From Gemmataceae bacterium (GTDB lineage: Bacteria > Planctomycetota > Planctomycetia > Gemmatales > Gemmataceae), in the NCBI GenBank assembly GCA_046297495.1, contig JBKBIP010000001.1, positions 201,153 to 265,152 on the forward strand: a stretch of DNA of 64,000 bases, given 5' to 3'. The translations under genes were made by a program, and so were the position numbers. Under the pieces are notes generated by a model that saw only the letters and a list, made by a program, of their open reading frames with translations, did not search any database and was not told where the DNA came from. Shown here in pieces: positions 50,999 through 60,467 of this stretch (the first letter of the stretch is position 1; each line of letters starts with the position of its first letter).

Positions 50999-52384
50999 AT
51001 GAGGAACGCACGACCGATTGCCACCCCGTATGGCGCCCCCATCTCCCGACGGCAGGCGTTGAAGACCGTCAGCGCCGGTTTCGGCTATCTGGCCTTGGCC
51101 GGCTTGCTGGGGCAGGAAGCCGCACGCGGGGCGCCGTCCCAAGGGCCGTTGGCGCCGAAGCCGCCGCACTTCCCCGTCAAGGCCAAGCGGATCATCTTCG
51201 TGTTCATGGAAGGGGCCATGTCCCAAATGGACACCTTCGAGTACAAGCCGCGCTTGCAACGGGATGATGGTCAGATCGCCCCCGGCGGCGCCGTGTTGAC
51301 GGCTTCCAAATTCCGCTTCGCCCAGCATGGCGAGACAGGCACCTGGGTGTCGGAACTCTTCCCGCACCTCGCCCGGCATGTGGACAAGTTCTGTTTCATT
51401 CGCGGCCTCCACACCGACACGCCGGCCCATCCGCAAGCCATCATCCAGCTGCACACCGGCACGGCGTTGGCATCGCTCACCCGGCCATCAATGGGGGCGT
51501 GGCTGCTGTATGGCTTGGGAACGGAAAATCAGGACCTGCCGGGTTACATCACCATCAATCCATCGCCGAATTTTGGCGGCGCCATCAACTACGGCAGCGC
51601 CTTCTTGCCGGCACACTTTCAGGGGACGCGCGTCGATGACAGCGGGGCGATGCCGAACTTGCGTCCAGGGACGCCGTTGTCGCTGCAACGCCGTCAACTC
51701 GATCTCATTCAGGCCATGAACCGCGATCTGGCGACCAGCCCCGGCGCGCCGGACGAGATCGAAGGGGTGATCCAATCCTATGAGCTGGCTTTCCGCATGC
51801 AGGACAAGGTGCCGCAATTACTCGACATCTCCCGCGAGCCGCAAGCGGTGCTCGATGCCTACGGCGTCAAGCCCGGCCCGGAAGGAAGTTTCGCACGCCA
51901 ATGCTTGATGGCTCGGCGGCTCAGTGAAGCAGGCGTGCGCTTCGTGGAGATCACCCAATCGGGTTGGGACCACCACAACAACTTACACAAGGGGCTAATC
52001 CGTCAATCCAAGATGGTGGATCAACCCACCGCCGCCTTGCTGACCGATCTGGAGCAACGGGGATTATTGGATGAAACCTTGGTCTTGTTCGGCAGCGAGT
52101 TTGGCCGCCTGCCAACCGCGCAAGGCCCCGACGGCCGCGATCACAACATCACCGGCTATCCGATGTGGCTGGCTGGGGCGGGAGTGAAGAAAGGCTACTC
52201 CTATGGCGGCACCGACGAATACGGCCTGCACGCCGTCGAAGGGCGCATGCACTGCATGGACCTGCACGCCACCCTGTTGGCCTTGATGGGATTGGATCAT
52301 GAACGATTAACCTATCGCTACGCCGGTCGTGACTTCCGCTTGACCGACGTGGGCGGCAAGCCCGTCACGGAGATTTTCGCCTGA
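50999..52384 (+). CDS. DUF1501-family protein (sulfatase-like fold) with a Tat signal
   Basis: MRNARPIATPYGAPISRRQALKTVSAGFGYLALAGL is a Tat signal. DUF1501 is typical of Planctomycetes; the body shows a GSEFGR.P.....GRDH motif. An agagg RBS is present. Confidence 0.75.
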   Translation: MRNARPIATPYGAPISRRQALKTVSAGFGYLALAGLLGQEAARGAPSQGPLAPKPPHFPVKAKRIIFVFMEGAMSQMDTFEYKPRLQRDDGQIAPGGAVLTASKFRFAQHGETGTWVSELFPHLARHVDKFCFIRGLHTDTPAHPQAIIQLHTGTALASLTRPSMGAWLLYGLGTENQDLPGYITINPSPNFGGAINYGSAFLPAHFQGTRVDDSGAMPNLRPGTPLSLQRRQLDLIQAMNRDLATSPGAPDEIEGVIQSYELAFRMQDKVPQLLDISREPQAVLDAYGVKPGPEGSFARQCLMARRLSEAGVRFVEITQSGWDHHNNLHKGLIRQSKMVDQPTAALLTDLEQRGLLDETLVLFGSEFGRLPTAQGPDGRDHNITGYPMWLAGAGVKKGYSYGGTDEYGLHAVEGRMHCMDLHATLLALMGLDHERLTYRYAGRDFRLTDVGGKPVTEIFA

Positions 52385-52549
52385 CAATCGGTGACATACA
52401 AGGGGTGGCCGGGGCAGAGCGCGACGATGCTCCAGCCACCCCACACTGGTTTCAGATACGCCGATCCATTCTTTCCCGATTGGGATTGGGGATGGATCGT
52501 TTCGCGTGAGATGTCGCAGGTACGAAACGACCCCGCATCGTGCTTTGAT

Positions 52550-53593
52550 TCACACCTTTTGCAGTTGGGATTCGAGGACGGCCTCGGCCAAGCGGTGGCA
52601 GTCTCCCAGATAGAACACGCCGATTTGGCGCGTGATGGCGAACCCCAGACTCGCCGCGATGGCGGTTCCCACGAACGGCACGAACTTGGCGACCTGTTCG
52701 GCGGCCATCATGCCGCCAAACTGTTTCAGCAACGTCAAAATCCCTTCTGTACTGGCGTACTTGACCACGCCATTGACCAAAGGGGCCAATGCGGGGACTG
52801 CGTATTCCTTCGTGGCCAGCACCCGATCCGTCAGGCCATACGTGTCGCGGATGAATTTGAACAACGACAACAGCACCGGCAAATCGACCGCGAAATTCGC
52901 TCCTGGAATGGGAATGGTTCCCCCCGCCGCCGACGCGGCCGCACTCCACATGGCGCGCTGCTTACATAGCTTTTTTTTTTCTTCGAGAAACTCCAGCGTG
53001 TACGCCTTGGCGGCGCGCACCCAGCGCTCTTGCTTGGCCGGGTCGAGAAGATTCTTGATGGCCTCTTCCAGCTCCCCCAGCCCACTGTTCAGCCGGCAGC
53101 TGGTGAAGAACACACGCTGCGGCTCGCCGACCTGTTCGCTGACGTTGTTCGTGACTTCTTCTTCCAATTCGGCCAGCTCCATGCCATCTTGCCAGAGGGT
53201 GTCATGCTTATTGCGCACGAATAGACAAGTCTTGCCGCGCCGGGTCACTTCGTGGAACAACGCGGTGTCGGCCTCGTGAAACTTGCCGTCGAAGACGCAC
53301 AACAACAAATCAAATTCCAGCACCTTAAATCGGGCCAAATAGTCGGTCGCGGGAAATTTACTGGTGTCGTAACCAGGCAGATCGACCAGGGTTAAGCCGT
53401 TCCACTCATAGTCTTGCCGCTCCGTCGTCACATCGTTGCGAACCCCTTCGAGGGCCAATTTCTGGCCGGTGAGACGGTTAATCAGCGACGACTTGCCACA
53501 ACCCGGTTGACCAAACAAAGCAATCGACACGCGTACGGCGTCTTCGGCTTGCATCCGGGCGCGGATGCGTTCCGCGGATTCGGTTAATGACAT
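52550..53593 (-). CDS. P-loop GTPase (MMR_HSR1/Era-like G domain) with a C-terminal amphipathic/hydrophobic helical domain
   Basis: G1 GQPGCGKSSLINRL. G3 DLPG. G4 NKHD. The C-terminal 150 aa are hydrophobic or amphipathic (MWSAAASAAGGTIPIPGANFAVDLPVLL...). A GGAAGGGG RBS is present. Confidence 0.75.
   Translation of the reverse strand: MSLTESAERIRARMQAEDAVRVSIALFGQPGCGKSSLINRLTGQKLALEGVRNDVTTERQDYEWNGLTLVDLPGYDTSKFPATDYLARFKVLEFDLLLCVFDGKFHEADTALFHEVTRRGKTCLFVRNKHDTLWQDGMELAELEEEVTNNVSEQVGEPQRVFFTSCRLNSGLGELEEAIKNLLDPAKQERWVRAAKAYTLEFLEEKKKLCKQRAMWSAAASAAGGTIPIPGANFAVDLPVLLSLFKFIRDTYGLTDRVLATKEYAVPALAPLVNGVVKYASTEGILTLLKQFGGMMAAEQVAKFVPFVGTAIAASLGFAITRQIGVFYLGDCHRLAEAVLESQLQKV
52971..52980 (-). 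repeat. A10/T10 homopolymer inside the GTPase coding sequence
   Basis: tagcTTTTTTTTTTcttcgag on the plus strand, which is gaagaaaaaaaaaaagct on the coding strand, encoding EEKKKL. Confidence 0.9.
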
Positions 53594-54113
53594 CTTAGCG
53601 CCCCTTCCAGATACTCTATACGGTCACGGTGCTCCAATATGACTATAGGAAGGCACAAGCCGTGGTGCATGATGGGTGCCTCCTCTCCGTGTTGACCCCG
53701 CGCTGACACGATTCTAAGCAGCCACTCCGCTAGAGCGGTGCGTGAGTGTGAAGGAAGTGGTTTCCGCCGCCACTTTCACCCTGTTGCTTCTTGCTTGGAA
53801 TCCCGCCAGGGTATCACACTTGATTTACTATATGGGACGCTTGGGCACAATATCGCTAACCGATTTCTGGATCGAAATCGACAACGAACGGATTGTGCGT
53901 GACAGGGATCATTGGTTAGGTCACAATGGGTGGATCGTCATTATAAGAATCCACTTTGGCAAGTTAGCCGCCCCTTTGACCGCGTTTTTCTCCGTGGTTG
54001 GCGGGTCTAGTGCGCCCGACGGCTTCAGGTAACTTTTCCGAACGGTCCCCTTGGGAAAGGCCAAGCATTGGTCATCCCTGCTCATCTCAGCCACACTGAA
54101 AGGAGATATTTTG

Positions 54114-55769
54114 ATGTCATTTCGATATTGGCTGTTGGCGTTGGCCGTGCTGATACTTGGATTATTGCCAGTGGTTGTCTTTTGGATTGGATGGCAAGTC
54201 GCTCGTGTCGAGGTGGAACCGGATACTTTCCTCGTTGTCACCAACCGTTGGGGCCAGCCGCTCCCCGAAGGTGCCATCGTCGCCCCCGATGGCACCTACA
54301 AGGGCATCCAACGCAAGGTGCTGCCGGAAGGGCAGTACTTTCTCAACCCGCTTTGGTACACCTACGAGCGCCATAACATCCTCAAGGTGCCTGAGAAATA
54401 CTGCGCCGTCCTCATCCGCAAGGCCGGCACCGAGATCAGCGCGGAACGCAAGGCTAACGGTGAGTTCCTGGCCCGTGGTCCCATCGATCTGGACGCCAAG
54501 CTGGAACCCGGGGAACGGGGCATCGTCGAGCAAGTCCTCGGTCCAGGAAAGTATCGCATCAACCCTTATGAATACGATTACGAGCTAGTCCAGGCGGTCG
54601 AGATCCAGTCGCAGCAAGTAGGAGTCAAAATCTTGCGCTGGGGGGAGGAGCCGCCCAAGGACCGCCCCAATCCCTACATCGTCGCCGATGGACAACGGGG
54701 CGTGCAACAGACGCTTGTTCCCAGCGGCACGCACTACATCAATCCCTACGTGGTCGAGATCATCCCCGTGGATCTGCGCGCGCACACCGTCATTTTCGAG
54801 GATATTGAATTTCCCTCGAAAGACGGTTTCACCATCGAGCCGCGCGTCGAGGTGCGCTACAAGGTGATGCCCGAAAAGGTGTCGGAATTGTTCGTGCTAC
54901 TGTGCGAGAATGGCGTGCTTTACCAGCACGATGAGACGCTGGACGACCAGGGCAAGAACCCCATTTTGCAAAAGATCGTGTTGCCGTTGATTCGTGGCTA
55001 CGTTCGCATCGAGGGGAGCAAGCACGATGCCCGCGAGTACATCAGCAAGCCCAAGGACGAGGAAGAGATGCCGAATAATGGCAAAACCTCGAATCCGCGT
55101 GAACGTCTGCAAGAAGAGTTGATGGCCAAGGTGAAGCCGGAGTGCGCTAAGGTCGGGGTGGACCTGGAGTACGTCGCCGTTGGCCAACCGCGGATGAATC
55201 GCTCGCTGGAGGAGTTGGCCTCGCAGATCCGCGAGCGCGAGCAAGCCCGCATCACGCGCAAAACCAACGAGCAAAAAGTGATCCAATTCGAACGCGAGCA
55301 AAAGCTCAAGTCCACCGAGGCCTTGGCCCAACAGCGTCAACGCATCATCGACGCCAACACCAGCCTGGAACAGGCAAAGATCATCGCTGAGCGGCGCGTG
55401 CAGAACGAGAAAGCGAAGCTGGGTGCCGAGCTGCAGTCAGCGCAAGCTCGCTTGGACGGGGCCAAGAAACGAGCCGAGGCCATCCTCACTCAAGGGAAGG
55501 CCGAAGCCAACATCATCATGGCGGAAAACGAAGCGGTCGTGGCCGAGCTGAAAAAAGCCGTCGATGGCTTCCCCACTCCTGATCATTTCGCTCAATATCA
55601 TGTGCTGGCCAAGCTGTCGCCGGCCCTGGCGGAAATCTTCGCCTCTGACACGAGCGAGTTCGCCAAACTCTTCTCGACCTATATGGCCCCCGGTTCACGC
55701 AAGATCGAGCTGGCTGGGCCGGTGCCGAGCGAACCGAAGGTCGCCGAGACTGACTCGGACATCGATTAA
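54114..55769 (+). CDS. Flotillin-like SPFH/band-7 membrane protein, paralog 1
   Basis: AAAGGAGA RBS. N-terminal TM (MSFRYWLLALAVLILGLLPVVVFW). The SPFH core begins FLVVTNRWGQPLPEGA...GQYFLNPLWY. The C-terminus has coiled-coil EA/Q-rich flotillin-like repeats (AQQRQRIIDANTSLEQAKIIAERRVQNEKAKLGAELQSAQARLDGAKKRAEAILTQGKAEANIIMAENEA). Confidence 0.75.
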   Translation: MSFRYWLLALAVLILGLLPVVVFWIGWQVARVEVEPDTFLVVTNRWGQPLPEGAIVAPDGTYKGIQRKVLPEGQYFLNPLWYTYERHNILKVPEKYCAVLIRKAGTEISAERKANGEFLARGPIDLDAKLEPGERGIVEQVLGPGKYRINPYEYDYELVQAVEIQSQQVGVKILRWGEEPPKDRPNPYIVADGQRGVQQTLVPSGTHYINPYVVEIIPVDLRAHTVIFEDIEFPSKDGFTIEPRVEVRYKVMPEKVSELFVLLCENGVLYQHDETLDDQGKNPILQKIVLPLIRGYVRIEGSKHDAREYISKPKDEEEMPNNGKTSNPRERLQEELMAKVKPECAKVGVDLEYVAVGQPRMNRSLEELASQIREREQARITRKTNEQKVIQFEREQKLKSTEALAQQRQRIIDANTSLEQAKIIAERRVQNEKAKLGAELQSAQARLDGAKKRAEAILTQGKAEANIIMAENEAVVAELKKAVDGFPTPDHFAQYHVLAKLSPALAEIFASDTSEFAKLFSTYMAPGSRKIELAGPVPSEPKVAETDSDID

Positions 55770-55824
55770 CAACGGACATCACACGGACATAATCACTGGA
55801 CCAACCATCCCATGAGGTGAAAAT

Positions 55825-57408
55825 ATGACGCTTTCCAATCCAACATCTGAAGGGGGCAAGTCCCGCATTCGCCGTTTCCTGGCCGCTCTGCGTCCCAATC
55901 ACGCGGGGTTGATCTGCTTTGTCGTGCTGCTAGTGTTCGTATCGTTGGTGTTTTCGTTTTGGGACAGATTTCTGCATCATGTGCCGTCGGGGCATATGCT
56001 GGTGGTCATCTCCAAATGGGGGGAGCCGCTCCCCGAAGGGCAAGTCCTGGCCCAACCGGGTCAAAAAGGAATTCAAGAGCAAGTACGCGGCGAAGGCTGG
56101 CACTTCATCTGGCCGATCCTCTACGAAACCGAAGTCAAGCCGAACATCGTTGTCCCCAGCGCGAAGATGACCGGCAAAGGCATCGAGCCAGCCAAGGTCG
56201 GCATCGTCAAGGCGCTGGGTGGAACGCCGCTTCCGCCCGGTCAATTCCTGGCCAATAAGGGACAACAGGGGATTTGGCGCGAAATTCTGCTCCCCGGATC
56301 GTATCGGCTCAATCCCTATGGTTACGAGGTGACGCTCGTGAACATGGTGGAGGTCAAGCCGGGTTACGTCGGCGTCAAGAGACGCAAGCTGGGGGAGGAC
56401 GGCAAAACCGAATTCGCCACCAAACCGACCGAGAAAGGCATCATTAAGGATGAAATCCTCCAGCCCGGTCTCTACGCCATCAACACCGAGGAGTATGAAG
56501 TCATCCCATGCGAAGTCGGCATTTACCAAACGACCTATCACTACTCCAAGAATCCTCAAGAAAACACCGCTTTGGTATTCGACGCCAGCGACAGCAACCG
56601 TATCGAGCTGGATTGCACTATCGAATGGGAGCTGAAGCCCCAGTATTGGCCGGTGTGGCTATCGAAGTTCCGTGGCATGGCTCGGATCGAAAGCACGGTG
56701 ATCCGGCCCAATGTCAAGAACATCAGCCGCAATAAAGGACAAGACTACGGCGCTGAGGATTTTCTCGATGGGACCAAGCGAGAAAAGTTTCAGGCTGGAT
56801 TCACGCAGGGGCTGGATGATGAGTGCGAGAAGGACAACGTGATCGTCCGCAACGCCTTCATTCGGAACATCATCATTCCCGACAAGTTCCTCGAGCCGAA
56901 GCGGGAGGAACAATTGATCAAGGAAAAGGCCGTCACCCAAGCCGAGCAGACCCTGACCGCCGAAACGCATAACGACGTCGTCGCGGCCCAACGCGCCATC
57001 CAATTCGAGGTCGCCAAGGTGACGGCCACCACCGAGCGATTGGTCGCCGCGATTCAGCGGGAAGCCGAGAATATCGGCATCATCACCGACGCCGAAATCG
57101 CCAAGATGCAAGACGAATATAGCGCCCAGATAGCGATCTTGGAGGCCCAGAACAAGGAGCTGCTAGGCAAGGCCAACGCCGAAGCCACGAAATTGAAGAA
57201 CACGGCGCGGAGCAGCTTGTACCAGATGAAGATGGACGTCTTCGCCAGCGACATCGACGCCTTCCTGCGCTACACCATGACCCAGAACCTCAGCTCCAAC
57301 ATGCGGCTACGGCTGTTCCAGTCGGGACCGGGAACGCTGTGGACCAACATGGGGAACAAGGACATGAACCTGTTCATGCCCATGCCCAGCGGCTCAACGG
57401 GACGGTAA
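55825..57408 (+). CDS. Flotillin-like SPFH/band-7 membrane protein, paralog 2
   Basis: GAGGTGA RBS. N-terminal TM (LICFVVLLVFVSLVFSFW). MLVVISKWGEPLPEGQ...GEGWHFIWPILY is colinear with paralog 1. The C-terminus is coiled-coil (QAEQTLTAETHNDVVAAQRAIQFEVAKVTATTERLVAAIQREAENIGIITDAEIAKMQDEYSAQIAILEAQNKELLGKANAEATKL). Confidence 0.75.
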   Translation: MTLSNPTSEGGKSRIRRFLAALRPNHAGLICFVVLLVFVSLVFSFWDRFLHHVPSGHMLVVISKWGEPLPEGQVLAQPGQKGIQEQVRGEGWHFIWPILYETEVKPNIVVPSAKMTGKGIEPAKVGIVKALGGTPLPPGQFLANKGQQGIWREILLPGSYRLNPYGYEVTLVNMVEVKPGYVGVKRRKLGEDGKTEFATKPTEKGIIKDEILQPGLYAINTEEYEVIPCEVGIYQTTYHYSKNPQENTALVFDASDSNRIELDCTIEWELKPQYWPVWLSKFRGMARIESTVIRPNVKNISRNKGQDYGAEDFLDGTKREKFQAGFTQGLDDECEKDNVIVRNAFIRNIIIPDKFLEPKREEQLIKEKAVTQAEQTLTAETHNDVVAAQRAIQFEVAKVTATTERLVAAIQREAENIGIITDAEIAKMQDEYSAQIAILEAQNKELLGKANAEATKLKNTARSSLYQMKMDVFASDIDAFLRYTMTQNLSSNMRLRLFQSGPGTLWTNMGNKDMNLFMPMPSGSTGR

Positions 57409-57466
57409 GCCATGATCCGGCAAGGCTCGTGGGGCACGTTGTCAATGTGCCCCATACAGCCCCTTA

Positions 57467-57613
57467 ACTCAACTTGTGCAGTTTTTAACCAATTGGGTAA
57501 GCGTGATGACGCAACTAGTTATTATATATGCATTTACGCCATAGGCACTTATCTGATCATTATTGCTGTAAGTGCTTACACAATAATAAGTTATGAAAAC
57601 CGCACAAGTTGAG
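57467..57613. repeat. AT-rich 147-bp element bounded by 18-bp inverted repeats (MITE-like, or a structured sRNA / unusual terminator)
   Basis: Arms ctcaacttgtgcagtttt (57467-57484) and aaaaccgcacaagttgag (57596-57613) match at 17 of 18 positions. The interior, taagcgtgatgacgcaactagttattatatatgcatttacgccataggcacttatctgatcattattgctgtaagtgcttacacaataataagttatg, is far more AT-rich than the surrounding sequence. The element lies between the convergent stop codons of SPFH-2 (+) and the Gfo/Idh/MocA gene (-). Confidence 0.7.
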
Positions 57614-57656
57614 TTTATCCCCTCTTTTCCAGGATTCGCCTGGCGTGACCATCGCG

Positions 57657-59276
57657 TCACACTGTAATCTCTTCCGGCTTCATATCGGCGTCAGGCACTT
57701 CCTTGGCATCGGGATCGAACCAAGCGTCTTGAAACACAATGCGTTCGCGTTTGCGCATGGCTTGGTTAGCGGTCAAGGCCATGATGGCGTCCGCCATGGC
57801 GGCCACGCCGTCACAGTGCGGCTTGGGCCGGTCTTCCTTGGACGCCCCTTGCTGCCACATGCGGATACAGTAGGCGAAATGTTCCATCTCCTCGCGGTAG
57901 CCCTTGCTGACTGGTCCAGCTCCCAGCGCCGCTCCGCCCGTCACGGCGGCTTGGGCGGCGGCGGGGCCGGTGCTGGCCGACGCATCGAGCGCGGGGGAGC
58001 TGCCGCCGCCGCTTGTCACCGAAATGTCCACGCGCCGGCCGCCATCGTCCGGCTTGGAGCCGCGCTCCTTCCACAGCATGACTTTGGCTTCCGTCTCCAC
58101 GACCATCGTGCCGTCGCGGCCCATGACGCATTCACCGTAAGGCTCGAAAGCGTTGGTGCTGATGGAGGAATAGGTGACAATGACGATGTCGTTGGGGTCT
58201 TTGATCTCCTTGCGCGTCGAGGGATCGACATAGTAATTCTTGCCGGGGAACTCGAAAGTGACAAAGACGTGATCCTCGACTTCGCGGTCGTCCTTGTAGA
58301 AGAACTTGCCGCCGACGCCAGAGACGGCCAAGGGGTGGACCTTCCCCAGAAAGATGCTACAAGCGTCCAATTGATGGCTGCCTAGCTCGGCCATCAAACC
58401 GCCGCCGGTGCGGTTGTACAAGCGCCAGCGCACCAGCTCTTCCATGCTTTTGTAGCCGTGCCGCTGGATCGTGCTTTCCAGGGCCTTGCGATCTTCCTCG
58501 GGAACGGCCTTGCTCCAGCTGTCGCCGCGCGGCGGGGTGTTATTGCGGTGCCACAAGGCGCGGATATGCTTAACATCCCCCAACACGCCGGCTTGGATGA
58601 CTTCATTGGCATGGGCGTACAACATGCTGTAGTGCCGTTGATGACCGATGGACAGCACTTTGTCATGCTCGCGGGCGGCTTGGATCATTTGCTTGCACTG
58701 GTCGATATTCCAAGCCATGAGCTTTTCGCACAAGACGTGCTTGCCTTTTTGCATGGCTTCGATGGCCACCGGCGCGTGCAGGTGCAGTGGCAAGGCGATG
58801 ACCACGGCTTCGATGTCGGGGTCGTCGAGCAGCTGGTGGTAATCGTCGTATTGCTTGATCTTGTTTTTGGCGTCGCTGCCATACATGTGATAGAAGCCTT
58901 TGCGCGGGCTGTTCGGATTGCGGTGCAGCTCTCCTTGAAAAATGCGTTTCTGATTGGAAGGGCGGATGTCGCTATAGGCGACGAACTCCAGATAGGCGGG
59001 GTTGTGCTCGCCGACCAACACGCCCCCTTCGTCGCCGGCGCCGATCAGGCCGGCCTTGACCGGCTTGCCGAAGCCGCGCTCGGAATCGTAGCCGAAGTAA
59101 GCGGCGGCGCTGAGCGGCAAGGCCACGCCCCCGGCGGCCAACATCCCCTTCATGAAATCGCGCCGGCTCAGCCCTTTCTGGCGCGCTGCGGCGTCGTCGA
59201 GCGCCAGCTGGCCGACCACGCGCTTGAAATTCCCTTCGCCGATGGCTTGTTCTTCGGGAGTCATGTCGAGTGCCAT
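57657..59276 (-). CDS. Tat-exported Gfo/Idh/MocA-family NAD(P)-dependent oxidoreductase
   Basis: The AGGAGA RBS sits 7 nt before the ATG at 59276 (MALDMTPEEQ...). Tat motif SRRDFMKGMLAAGGVALPLSAAA. Rossmann motif AGLIGAGDEGG, and EKP as in GFO/inositol dehydrogenases. The ORF-track start at 59294 is a TTG. Confidence 0.8.
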   Translation of the reverse strand: MALDMTPEEQAIGEGNFKRVVGQLALDDAAARQKGLSRRDFMKGMLAAGGVALPLSAAAYFGYDSERGFGKPVKAGLIGAGDEGGVLVGEHNPAYLEFVAYSDIRPSNQKRIFQGELHRNPNSPRKGFYHMYGSDAKNKIKQYDDYHQLLDDPDIEAVVIALPLHLHAPVAIEAMQKGKHVLCEKLMAWNIDQCKQMIQAAREHDKVLSIGHQRHYSMLYAHANEVIQAGVLGDVKHIRALWHRNNTPPRGDSWSKAVPEEDRKALESTIQRHGYKSMEELVRWRLYNRTGGGLMAELGSHQLDACSIFLGKVHPLAVSGVGGKFFYKDDREVEDHVFVTFEFPGKNYYVDPSTRKEIKDPNDIVIVTYSSISTNAFEPYGECVMGRDGTMVVETEAKVMLWKERGSKPDDGGRRVDISVTSGGGSSPALDASASTGPAAAQAAVTGGAALGAGPVSKGYREEMEHFAYCIRMWQQGASKEDRPKPHCDGVAAMADAIMALTANQAMRKRERIVFQDAWFDPDAKEVPDADMKPEEITV

Positions 59277-59348
59277 TGGGTAATCTCCTGGCAAGAGTCG
59301 AGTGTTTGGAAAATTCGCCGTGAGGGAATAGGAACTCTATCCCGTAGG

Positions 59349-60467
59349 TCATCGCGCCAGCGCCGGTTCCCGTTCTTCCCGCCGGGTCTCTGGCGCGGCG
59401 CGCCGGCGGAACGGATTGAGGAACGGCAACAGGGCATCCAGCCCCAGCCAGCGGCCGCTGCGGGTCGTGGCCAAGGCCATCAGGGCGAGAAATTCGATGA
59501 CGTTCTTATTGACGAAGACGTAATGTCCTTCGGAACGCGGCACTTCCGGCAACCAGGGGAACGGCGGCATGGGCAAGTAGGTCAACACGAGGAAGGCCGC
59601 TCCCGCCACGCAAGCGGTTCGTGTCAGCAAACCAGCCAACAGCAGTAGGCCAATGATCGTCAAGCCGAAAGCCACCACCACGTCGGCCCGTTCCAAGGGG
59701 GTCATCTTCGGAAATTGCGTCAGCTTCGCCTTGGTGACGGCCCACATGCTCTGCTGAGCGATGGCCAACGGCGGCTGGTCCTGTTGCTCTGGCGTCAAGA
59801 CATCGCTCAATGCCGCTTGCATCTTCTTGGTCTGCTTGTCCAGTTCAGTACGCATTTGTCGGCGGAGCAAGTTCGCTTCGTCTTTGAGAGATTGAATCTG
59901 GTCAGCCACGGTCAACGCACCAAACGTCTCCCCCACCGATGATTCCAATTGGCGAATCTCCTTCCATTTGCCTTCGTATTCTTGCGCCATCTCCGGAATG
60001 GTGGTTCGCTTCGTGACCTTGTAGGGACCATAAGGCGAATCGGTTTCGATTTGAATGGACCATTCGCGGTGGTTCCAATCCTCATTGGTCATCCAATTGA
60101 CCACCTGGTCTTGTTGCTGTTCAAACTTGGCTTGGGCTTTCTTTCGTTGATCCGCGTCCAAATCATAGTAGGCGACAAATTGATCAAAATAGGCTTGCCA
60201 ATCACGTTTCAAAGCCGGAGGGATGCGGGTGTGCGGGGGCGTTTTGCCGATCTCCTGTCCCGCCGGCACGGGCAGGGGTTTGACCCGTTCCAGCACGGAG
60301 TCGCCGGCCTTGTCTCGAAAATAATCAGCGAAAGGACCACGCGCTTCGCGCAAATACGCCTCGCTGGTCCAAGTTTCGGAGCCAAGCTTATCGATCCCTT
60401 CAAACAGGAAGTGCCAGCCGATAGCCAAACGCAACAGCACGAGAAAAACGCGGGTGGTGACATTCAT
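59349..60467 (-). CDS. DoxX-family membrane protein split by a large (about 220-aa) coiled-coil soluble insertion
   Basis: N-terminal DoxX half MNVTTRVFLVLLRLAIGWHFLFEGIDKL. A long hydrophilic K/E/Q-rich insert follows. C-terminal TM helices are ADVVVAFGLTIIGLLLLAGLL...AFLVLTYL...IEFLALMALATT. Its ATG overlaps the apbE stop (ATGA). Confidence 0.6.
   Translation of the reverse strand: MNVTTRVFLVLLRLAIGWHFLFEGIDKLGSETWTSEAYLREARGPFADYFRDKAGDSVLERVKPLPVPAGQEIGKTPPHTRIPPALKRDWQAYFDQFVAYYDLDADQRKKAQAKFEQQQDQVVNWMTNEDWNHREWSIQIETDSPYGPYKVTKRTTIPEMAQEYEGKWKEIRQLESSVGETFGALTVADQIQSLKDEANLLRRQMRTELDKQTKKMQAALSDVLTPEQQDQPPLAIAQQSMWAVTKAKLTQFPKMTPLERADVVVAFGLTIIGLLLLAGLLTRTACVAGAAFLVLTYLPMPPFPWLPEVPRSEGHYVFVNKNVIEFLALMALATTRSGRWLGLDALLPFLNPFRRRAAPETRREEREPALAR

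Noticed and set aside
50630-51454. 274-aa minus-strand ORF overlapping hicA and the DUF1501 gene
   Set aside because: It overlaps two well-supported plus-strand genes and has no motifs.
53742-54032. 96-aa ORF in the AT-rich GTPase / SPFH divergent intergenic region
   Set aside because: No RBS or domain. Its composition matches a promoter region. It is mentioned only within the finding on the GTPase / flotillin-like divergon, as a possibility.
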